From Lytechinus pictus (taxonomy: Eukaryota): a stretch of 64,000 nucleotides of DNA. The stretch lies in assembly GCF_037042905.1 (NCBI RefSeq), contig NC_087251.1, positions 6,822,001 through 6,886,000 of the forward strand, given 5' to 3'. This document shows positions 54,086 through 64,000 of this stretch, in pieces (the first letter of the stretch is position 1; each line of letters starts with the position of its first letter). Below the pieces are notes generated by a model, which had not been told where the DNA came from, searched no databases, and saw only the letters and a list, made by a program, of their open reading frames with translations. A program made the position numbers and the translations under genes.

Positions 54086-57000
54086 CTGAAACGACAAAAA
54101 ATGAACAAAGAAAACATAAATTATATATATATTATAGATACAATTCACTCAAACTTTATCTGATAATACATCAAATATTTTGTTAAAACTAACATTTAAA
54201 AATGATTTGAATAACAAGTGAAGACTTTGTTTAGTTTTGAGTAAGTTATGTACTTAATGTAGGGCCCATATAGATTTAATCAGTGAAAATTTATTGAAAT
54301 CATTTGCCACCTTTCAATCGATGAAGTTTTATCATTTCCTGGAATCTAAATGCTGATATTAATTCATATGAATATGTGTGTCTATGCATCTACTGTGCAC
54401 ATGTTGCAGTTCTGCATGTCAGTGATCAGCAATGCAGACAATTTTCTGCAGCAATCATCAATGTAGACATTTTTTCTGCACTGGATATTCACTAGAATTG
54501 TTTGTATCTATATGATCTATGGTTTTCAAACAAACGTATGTCTAGCCCACCAACTGAGCAAAACATGCTGAGGACTACTATTCATTGAAAACAATACAAC
54601 AAAACTCTGCTGAATCTCACCTATCCCAACCTATATGTATATTGAAATTTTGAATATGACATAAAGACTTGTCAGCTATATTACAAACATGTGACAGCTG
54701 TACCATGTTGCCTGGAACTTAACCTATATTCCTCTATTTACATTTACATCTGTACCATCACATACCAGTAGCCTTATACATGTGTATGGTTTGAATTACA
54801 TGTGTGCAGAGAGGTGTTCTGACATTTGTACCATATTCTATTATATTATTTTAAACGCTCATTGTTCAACCGGACCTCAATAGCCTTGGTTCGAATAATC
54901 TTTAAAAAGTCAGAATACAGTACTGTCTGCACACTACAATTATATAGCTAGGTAGGAGTTGATCTGCACTAAAATGCTGAGATAGAGTCAACCATGGCAA
55001 GGATCAATGCATCCTGATGCTTCAATTCAACCAACCAAGGACATATCAACTATATACCTTCAATTGATATAATCCAACATCAATAAGCTACGTTCCAAAT
55101 TGATTTTGATCGATACCTGGCGATGATGAATGTATTGTATGAATGAAATTTATTACTATGCCTATGACATCCTGTCAATGATAATAACATAAAACACATG
55201 ACCCTTTGATTCCATGATGCAGATGGATTATAAAGTTTTATATGGCAATTATATGTGTAGGCTACCTGTCATTGTAAAATTACACACCCACTTCACATGT
55301 TCATATGATTAACAATTGCTCAGATTGCATTAAATGCTAAAAAGGTGAAAGTCCTGCATTATATTGAAACCCCCTATATGATAACTGCATGCTTGAATTA
55401 AAGAGCTATGTTCAAATTCTGGTGTAGAAATCTAATCATGGAAGCAACCCTTATTAATTGTTTATCCTATTTAGAGTTCACCAAAGTTGAATTGAAATGT
55501 GCACACAATTACAATGTAGTACAACACGGCCAATTTATGTGTCTTCAAAAGACATACAGGGCCAAGAAATTGGGTCCAAATATTGTTTCATTTTCTTCTC
55601 AACATCTTTTATTCAATCACCTTGATTATATTTCAAATAACTTTCCTCAGAAGCTGATAGACAGGTTATTATGAATTTCTCAACCATGTAGTCTAAAAAT
55701 AATGCAGAGAGAGAGAGTATCTGGGGACTTTATATGGTTAATGGGAACATAAAATGGGATTAATCAGAGTGGTTAATCCAAAAAGTACCCGAATTCTAAC
55801 AAATTCATTAACAGGAGTCTGTTGAAATAGAAGGATTAGGATTGGAAATGAATACATGTAGGGTAATCTGTTTTTCTAGAAGGGTGTAAGAAGGATGAGG
55901 GAGTTGAAAACAGGATATTTTATAAAAGGATTGTGGTCACAGAGTATGAGCAGATAGCAAGTGTTTTAATAGGAGAAGTGGTTTTTAACCAGCAGTGAGT
56001 ACATGTATTAGGCATATTCTGATGGATTGAGCCAGTGAATGTGTCATCATATTGTCTAACAATCCACTGGTTAGTGGTTACCCCCTTTCATAGATCACAA
56101 ATCCACTTAACACTGGGTTAACCATTAACTGAGTTATATAGTAAGATCCTATTGCTACAAATTGAAGTGTTTTATAAAGTTCTAATGTTTGGTGGCATGG
56201 ACTCCGGAACTTACGGTATTGTCACTGTCAGAAATAGGTATTTGAATTTGCAGGAATCACTTTAGGGCTATAACTTTTACAGGTTCAATGACGGGAGATA
56301 CCATTTTAATTGAAAACAGATAATCTTTAACTGCCAATTCCTTTGAGATTTAAACTGTACTATTGTAATAAATTTGCTGCTGGTATACATCAAACCAATT
56401 TCATTGATGTGTATAAAAACTTCATAAGAAATTAACTGTGTGCCTTCACAAATAAGTATTTAAAATTTTTTTTAAAAATTGCCAATCAAATCTGATTAAA
56501 TTTCAGATAATGGTAAAATAATCCCATGCAGCCAGCACTGCAAGCTCAAATCCAGAAAATCCGATAAGTGTAGAACCATTGCAGACTTCTAGAATTGCTT
56601 GTTCACTTTCATTATATACCTACGGTACTTGTTCTTCAAGCAAGCACATGTAGGACACAACCATTTATGTCAACATCAATTTGTATGGTCATTGTGAATC
56701 ACTTTCATTCTATCAGTCTCTAACACCATCGTCCGTGCAAACGATCTGGTGTGTGGATACCACATCAATTCTTATATTGGGATACCTACAATACATGTAC
56801 ATGTAGACCAGACAAGAGGGCAATGATATTAGAGATATTTCCTTTACACTGTACAGTGCATTATTTTTCTTTGCCACTGGTACATGTACCTTGTCACAGG
56901 GCCCCATGGGAGACCAACACATTGTTGAATGGGCTTCCCTGTTTTTAAATAAAATAATAAATAAATAAATGAAATGTAATGCAAAATGTGCCAAACAATA

Positions 57001-60000
57001 ATTCTTTTTTTTTTTAGTTCTTGGGCCAAACACCATATTTCTTCATCAGCCAACAGGTTTACAAAGGAAGAAAATTAATAATTTGGCATCAAAGTGACTA
57101 TTCAAACAAGGGTTCTGTTTGAGTACATAATGAAACATATGCAGAAGAATGAATAAATCTTAAGTTCTTGCCAGGTATGGCGAACAAAAAGGTTGGTGAG
57201 TATACATACATGTAGTCTCAGCTTGTACTGTTTACCTATTTTTGCGTAGGCGTAGTTCAATAGATTTTCCAAGACCGAGCAAAGTACATGAATGATTCAG
57301 CACTGCACTCAATATCAATTTTGCAGGACTTGTTGCTGTAGCAATTTTATACCATTACTAAGTTTTCTGGTGCATATTTTGAATCTTCACACTGCTGATC
57401 TCTCACTCCAAGCGCCTACATGTTTTCACACATTTAAATCGAAAAGGATCCTTCCTGTACATGTACATTGTAAATCATTACTTGTAAGAATATAAACAGC
57501 CTTAGTTTTATGTACATATTAAATGCATATTATGTTTACTGTTTACCCATTAGCCTATTAAAAAAGGTTGAACATAAGCTTTGAAATATACTTTGGAAGT
57601 CCTTGTCCAACTTGTGTGTTTAATACTGCACCTGAAAATATGAAAAGCAAGTTATGCAATTCACTGATTTTCCTTAGTTCTTATATCTTGTCTTTTATTC
57701 TCTTTCATTATATCAAATAAATTTTGAATAACTTCCGCTCAGGAATACAATGTATATTGTCAGATCCACCGCAAGTCAAGGTTACAGTCTGTGTGTTCTA
57801 TATTCCATATTTTGTACCACACTCTATGGACAATGGACGTGAAAGGGCATCTTCTACAACTTGGCTTGCAAATATTTGTTTTCATTTGACATGGTAGAGT
57901 GTAGCTAACTATTCATCACCACCTTTGCTGCTCTTGTCAGTACATGGGGTAAAGGATGCAAACCACAACATTGCATCCTAAACCACAAAACAGGAACCAA
58001 TATCATTGGTGATAAGTGTCCCCTATTATATTACTGAACCCTACATAACCTTATAATTGTATATATAGTGTTCAGGATTGCTGTGTATGAATCTTATTGA
58101 AGAACATATGCATTTGTAATTCATGAATATAAACGATTCTTTAGAATAATTATATTCAAATGATTTTCAATCACATGTCAATGTCACTGACTTACAGCTA
58201 GTGTGTACATCTATATGTACCATTACCAAGTACAGAGGTCAGTGCTTCCCCCAAATTATGAAACCCGGGTGTTGTAATATAAAACTTGGTCATTCCAGTA
58301 TCCAGACATGGTCGTGGTACCTTACTCAGCTCAGTAGGGCATGGGTACTGGGAAAGTATGGTGTAGGATTCCAGGGTTCATAACCTGTTTCTCTCTTTCT
58401 CAATACAATAAACTCCAGTCCTTTGAGGGCTAGGGGGCTGACATGTACACCCCTTGAATTTGTTCAAAGGATATTGCCATTGTGCAAAATAAAATGCACT
58501 CTTTAGGGAGGTATGTTAGGTGTATTGAGTTTGCATCTCATTAACTATAAATAATCATGCCCATGAATAGAAGGAGGGGAATATACTGAATGATGAATGG
58601 GCCTGGGAAGTTTAGTGAATGGATTAGTTTAGTCTTAAATAAACATTGTAAAGATTTACAAAAGAGATGGAATTCCCTCCCCAGAAATGCTTGGGAATAA
58701 TTCAAAGATAATGTTCCAAACACGATCTATCATCCTAACTTGAAAATCTCAGTCTGGGCTCAATGCGCTATTTCTGCATGATTTTGTGCAGCATGCCTCT
58801 GCGCTGTGGTTTCATGATTCATCTTTCTGTAATTTCAAGTCCAACTCATGAGTTTTTTTATTTTATGATCTAAATGGAACTATTGGAATTACCTGCAGGC
58901 AATCAAACATTATCAAATAATATTCACTTCACAATTTTTCAAACAAATATTTTATATTGGTAAACTAAAGTGACACCCCAGGCATTAAATTCTTACAATA
59001 CTGTACACTTCCTTCTATTCAGTATTCTCGCTATTCACCTCCATTGCATTCAAAATACTTGATCATTCATAAAACATATAAAATTTATGCATGAGAACAA
59101 TAAAGTAGTGGTAAACGACCAACAAAAAAAGAGTAGCACACCGCTATATCTTTAGAATAAGCATATACATTAGTATTTAGTAGTATTTAGAAAATTCTGG
59201 AGACAACTATAATTTGCAGTTTAACTTTGCACCAGAATTTGGTATATCCTCATTTATGGTGTAGTATTGTATCCCATACAGAGTGAGAGTGCAGTATCAT
59301 TGAAAAGATTTAACTGACTTGCAAATTGCTCTTTGAAAGAGAGGCCAATTTTCTTGTTCAGCGAAAAGGTAAAAACTCATTCTATTACGATTTTTTAGGC
59401 CTACAGTGTAATCATGTAATTGATGGTAGGAAGGGTTTTCAAAACTTATTCTTGTTGTGGCCAACAAATGTCTAAATCCTAGCTAAGGTATTTATTTTTC
59501 TCACATCAGTGGATTCTGGAAAGATATCTGATTTTCTTGTTCAGTCAGGGACTCAACCAGGGGGAAAATAGATTCAACCAGGGAGGTGAACGCATTTATA
59601 AACTATCATTAGAGACCAACAAGTTTCATTTATATTCTGAACTGAATAGGTCACACAAAAGCTTGTGATTTTAATGAAAATATTATTTCAGGAGTTGTTT
59701 CATATTTTAAAAAAATGTGTGATTAGAACACACAACTGTAATGTAAATCAGGTCAGTATGTTGTATTGTGTAGCTGTAGACCTACCCATTTTATTCCTAT
59801 AACATTTCTTCTCAAAAGTGTGGGAGGTTCAAAGCATGCACCTTCATTGTTCAATATTTGTACATGATTGAGAACATTCCATCGCTGAACATTCCTATCA
59901 CATATAGCAATGAAACATTACACTTCCTAGTCCAAGGATTTTCTAAACACCATTGCAACCAAAACAGGAACCGTACAGTCAAAACATTTCACAAGCTCCT

Positions 60001-61028
60001 GAATGACTGGGCAAACATTTCACCTCCATTCTGCCATGGTGGCACCCAATATTTCACCTGGGTTTGGGCACAATACATGTGAGATATTATTCCAGTCTTT
60101 GTACTTGAATCGTGCCATGCCAGCTTCTTCACGCTTACAAACTCAGCAGCATGAGCTAAGGCTAACAAAAACTTGTCTAAACATGGGCGGTATAGAGTTT
60201 TGCACACAGCAGGGTATTGAAGCCATGGCGCCATGATCTGATTAGGCCACCACTGTTGGGTCTATTTATTTGGCTAAACTTGAACACTAAAGATCCAGTC
60301 AAGCAAAGAGTAAAGCAAAAGATATAAACAGAATCTGCAACGTTTTTCTTTGTCCACATTTATTGTAAGACTCCTTCCTACAAAAAAGTACAAGGTACAT
60401 GTACAAACTTTTCCAGATCAAAGAACCAAGAGAATTTGGCACTACTGGTCCCTGATGTATGTGTAGGGACAACTTTGTTTTGTTTTTAGGCAAAACAGCA
60501 CAAACTGGAGGCAAGTGAATTGCAAACTAACTGTATAATTGCATAGTTGTATATTTGTTCTCTTTTTAAACCCCTCACAATCGTTTTGAATAATTTTTTT
60601 CTTATCTTTTAATATCATTTTATTTGTTTCAATTCAACATTATGTATGTGGTACAGTTGTACAAGTACATGTATGTAAATATGCATGATGTAATTGTACA
60701 ATGCAGTATTGCACAATGTGAATCTCACACTTGTGTAGCCATGAGTGGTCTTAGCCCGTTGATGATTCATTCAAAGTAAATACAAGAAGGGCCTACATGG
60801 TACATATATCCAATTAACTGTGTATAAACCTTATTGTAAGCCATATATTATGGGCAAAATCCAGACCATAAAGATATGAAAAAGTTGTTTTTTAGAAATA
60901 CAGTTTAAAATAGATGTTGATAATGATATTACATGGATGTAAAATGTTTTTAGAAAGAAGAAAACTATTTCATGAAATATGAAACATTAAACTGAATTTA
61001 TTTTTATATATGAATATCATCGACTTAC

Positions 61029-61087
61029 CTGCCCAGCAGTATCACATATTTGAAGTTTGATTGGTTTTTCATCAACTCTTATGACAA
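61029..61087 (-). CDS. RHOU: RhoU/V coding exon 2, 59 nt ((V)VIRVDEKPIKLQICDTAGQ)
   Basis: Absent from the ORF track. On the minus strand it has the acceptor CCTTTTTTTTCAG and donor CAG|GTAAGT. It encodes the G3 motif DTAGQ and restores frame between exons 1 and 3. Confidence 0.95.
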
Positions 61088-62537
61088 CTGAAAAAAAAGG
61101 GAAAGGAGAAATAAATTGAATGTACAGAGCAGTGCTTTTTTGGAGATAGGAAGATTATCAACAACAATGGAAGAAGACAAGGATTATTACTCTTGTTTCT
61201 GTTAATGCTCCTTCAGTTCATTGCCCTCTCTTCAGTGTAACAGTGAAGGGGCAAAGACTTTTCTCAACACACACACAGGCTCACTGTGACAGTCAACAAA
61301 ACATAACCGGAAGGGTTTAGAGTCATTCACTACACCCATATTGTATCATGGTGAAAAGCCTGGTCCTAACAAAAGAACCCCAAAGGAGGCTCCCCTTTTC
61401 TTGTGCTCTTATCCATATTCCTAATAATACAATGATGCCATTTAAGCATCTTAGTGTTCTAGTCTATAGAAGAGTGAATCATGCTCTACCTTGAAAGGTT
61501 CCCACACCTACATTTACAAGCACACAAACAAATACCCATGTTTCAATTGAATTATTTTGAATAGATCCTCCATCTTCCTTAAGATTCAGAGTAACATTAA
61601 TTTTGTTTTAAATTTATATATAAGATTATCATGGATTCTCTAACTTTTCCACTTTAAAAAAAGGAAAGGTGGGGATTTGAAAATGTAAAATTTCAGTTCC
61701 AAAGTTAAGTAAGAGTTCTGAAGCAAATTGAAACTAACAATCATTGAAAATTTGACAAACAGATGAGACAATGGTAATGCTACTGTACATTGTTATATCA
61801 GCAGCTCTTCTTAGTTCCATGATAGATACTGGTTGTACATACATGAGACTACATGTGAGACCATATGGTACAACCATACTGCATGTCCCAACACCAAAAA
61901 AGAGGATTTATAGAAATCAATAGTGGGCACAAAGGATATGTTCGATTGCTTAGTCTGCTTGCCATCTGCCTGTATCGCTGATCTTCATTGTTCTATTGTA
62001 CAGTCATACAGGTAAGTGTTGCCACTCGTAATTTAATATGCTTCCTTGGTTACCAGTTTTTGCAAGGACCATATTCACAAACATGACTTAATAACTTACT
62101 TTTTATGAACATTAATTTATTTCTAGACAAAATACAGAGTGAAACAAAACATTCAATGCAATTTTCTCAATTGAACCTGAAACTGAGAATTAAATTTGAG
62201 CATTTAAGTATTGTACTGTCGTGGATCTATACTCAAGTCAATTCAAATTGAAAAATACTTGAATAAAAATATTAACACAAAGAGATACTATAGGCCTACA
62301 CTCCACTTGAAATTTTGAAAATGACAACACAGATCAGATATACACAGATAATTGAATATTGCAAGTTTCAAAGTTATAGAACTCTGAGAACTGCCAGAAC
62401 CACTCCACAAAGATGAACTCATAGTAGACTAGCTTTTCCATATCATGGGGAACTACTGACTACATGTACAAGTATGATCCTCTGAGCTGACTTATATACT
62501 AGCATAAAGACATTTGATTGAAAGTTAGAGATGCTGA

Positions 62538-62893
62538 CCTGGGGGGGGGGGGGAAGGGGGGAGCCAGTTGTCAAATGTATTGCTGTACACATGACCAAAA
62601 TATTTCCAAACACCTAAACGAGTTTTTCTCTGTGTGCAGAATAACCCCTTAACAAGTTTTGCCTCAGGCCCAAACACTTCTCAGAAACTAGGAAAAATCC
62701 CCGGAGAAAAAGCTTGGGGAAAAAACATACCCTAAACACGTTTGGCTAGTCTTTAAAAAAAATGGCTTAAAAAAAAAAAAAAAATGTTTGGCCCCGTGAT
62801 TGACCATTGACCAGTCAGTTTAAAAAAGTCTTTTATTTTTGGTCACACATGTGTAACGTTACAGCAATATTTGACTGCCCCCCCCCCCCCCGG
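62538..62893. mobile_element. MITE with poly-G/poly-C termini in RhoU/V intron 1
   Basis: CCTG(G)n...GTCAAATGTATTGCTGTACACATGACCAAAATA pairs with TATTTTGGTCACACATGTG...CAGCAATATTTGACTG(C)nGG. Direct repeat TGCTGA(CC) on both sides (62532 / 62894). Confidence 0.75.
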
Positions 62894-63014
62894 TGCTGAC
62901 CATTTTCATAGAAGATATAAAATTGAAATGGATTCTCCAATTTCCATTCTACATTTCCACTCCAGCATGGAATATTGGCTGCAAATGCCATCTCAAGTAC
63001 TGATGATGAATTAC

Positions 63015-63240
63015 CTGAATAGTTATCAAATGCTGTAGGAACATACTGTACTGGATACCCATTTGTTGTGTAGCTCACAACAAGACTTGTCTTTCCAACT
63101 GCCCCATCCCCAACAAGAACACATTTGAGTTTGGTATCACACTGAATAAGATCTTCATCCGAATCGGCCCGCATTACTAAACTACTCGGTGCGCTCGGTG
63201 GGTGTGTAGCCGAAGCTCTGGGTTGAACATTCGGTGGCAT
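63015..63240 (-). CDS. RHOU: RhoU/V coding exon 1 (MPPNVQ...[37 protein letters not shown])
   Basis: Contains the P-loop and switch I. Donor TCAG|GTAATT at 63015/63014, phase 1. The ATG at 63240 has context GCCGCAATG and gives the MPP start typical of RhoU/V. The in-frame ATG at 63324 has a weaker context (T at -3). Confidence 0.93.
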
Positions 63241-63699
63241 TGCGGCAACTTCCTCGTTCTGTCCTACTTGGTCGTGTAAAGAGCCAACGTCCCGGTATTC
63301 CTTTGAAAAACCAGCTAGCACCATCGAGACTTCGACATGTGGAATGAGAAGTGTCTTCTTTGTAATCCAAACATTAATGAAAACAATTTTTGTAAATCAA
63401 TGTTAGGCGTCGTCGATCTCTGACATAAACTTTTTGGAGTTGGACTTTTCCACGATAGTCGATAGAAAATTAGAATAGAAGAGTAATGCACACTGTCTCT
63501 GTCGAAAGTTAAATTTGGAATCAGTCCCAGAATTGATGGCCGTAGTTTTTGAGTTGTCAGCTAGCTCGAACTGGTACCTCGGCCTTACGTGTCTCGGATC
63601 TGTTTAATTTAACTATTGAAATATTCCATGAAATATCCAAGTCACTCAATTCCTAGTTAAAGCGATGTACTGCTCTGTCGCTGGTGCTTCTCCAAATGA

Positions 63700-63930
63700 T
63701 CACTGCACTCTAACAGCTGATCGATATCGGGTCGTACCGTACGTCACGTCGTACCGTACGCGTATATATGTACGCTCGCTAAAGTAGTAAGGTAGTGACG
63801 TAGCGTGGATCGCCCGCTGCGATTGGTCGTCTTTCCACTTGTTCCCATAACCAAGGAGCTGAAGCTCCTTGCCATAATAGAAGGGTTGGGTGCACGGGTG
63901 TCACCTCAAGTCGGCTAAAATCAAAGGCCA
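63700..63930 (-). promoter_or_regulatory. Putative RhoU/V promoter (CpG-rich)
   Basis: Abrupt CpG enrichment upstream of exon 1. Motifs: TATATA 63763-63768, CCAAT on the minus strand 63822-63826, CRE-like TGACGTA 63796-63802 and TACGTCA 63740-63746, direct repeat GTCGTACCGTACG at 63731-63743 and 63748-63760, TCF/LEF consensus ATCAAAGG 63920-63927. The TSS was not determined. Confidence 0.65.
63852..63871. mobile_element. 20-bp palindromic P-element-like footprint in the RhoU/V upstream region
   Basis: CAAGGAGCT-GA-AGCTCCTTG flanked by CCATAAC / CCATAAT (6/7). Same arms as 19726-19747. Confidence 0.65.
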
Positions 63931-64000
63931 ACTATTAAAGTGCAAATGACTGCGATGTTGTCCGAGGTCCAAGCTTCATCATGAGGGCGATGGGGACGAT

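Larger units (their letters stand above)
53588..63240 (-). other. RHOU: Gene span: RhoU/RhoV-like (Wrch-1/Chp subfamily) Rho GTPase, 3 coding exons, 260 aa (288 aa if the upstream ATG at 63324 is used)
   Basis: Exons of 226+59+498 nt splice in frame through canonical GT-AG sites into a complete Rho GTPase. Motifs: [49 protein letters not shown] and C-terminal WKKLCC. The MPP start, Tyr in the F28-equivalent position, CDTAGQ and TQxD are RhoU/V hallmarks. This is probably the single pre-vertebrate RhoU/V orthologue. Confidence 0.95.

Noticed and set aside
54086..54148. N-terminal part of ORF 53588..54148 (MNCIYNIY...)
   Set aside because: Intronic pyrimidine tract upstream of the exon 3 acceptor.
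62833..63014. C-terminal part of ORF 62833..63324 (GNSSSVLEM...GGGGQ)
   Set aside because: Read-through into intron 1 past the GT donor at 63014. The Gly run comes from a MITE poly-G end.

Overview
This is AT-rich animal genomic DNA, not prokaryotic. The repeat landscape (tRNA-derived SINE with an L2-type tail, many short inverted-repeat elements, poly-C/G runs) looks echinoderm or sea-urchin-like, which is an inference. The one confidently identifiable gene is a three-exon RhoU/RhoV-type atypical Rho GTPase on the minus strand: exons 63240-63015, 61087-61029 and 54085-53588, giving 260 aa, with a CpG-rich promoter at about 63.7-63.9 kb. The first ~50 kb has no long ORF. It does hold two small, phase-compatible plus-strand exon candidates (2795-2838 and 42094-42161), which may be the 3' end of an unidentified gene with a ~39-kb intron converging on RhoU/V. 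The rest is transposon-derived: several Harbinger-like, Kolobok-like, 5-bp-TSD and TA-TSD non-autonomous elements, L2-clade LINE 3' ends, one SINE, and an apparently exact 1574-bp tandem duplication. The most unusual signals are (i) 9-26-bp CAAGG/CATGG palindromes or half-palindromes flanked by 7-bp direct repeats, resembling P-element excision footprints, one of them in the RhoU/V promoter; (ii) strong clustering of TACATGTA inside the RhoU/V transcription unit; and (iii) a PxxPxR SH3-ligand motif in the C-terminal rather than N-terminal extension of RhoU/V. No CRISPR, rRNA or true tRNA gene was seen. Most ORFs in the supplied track are spurious.
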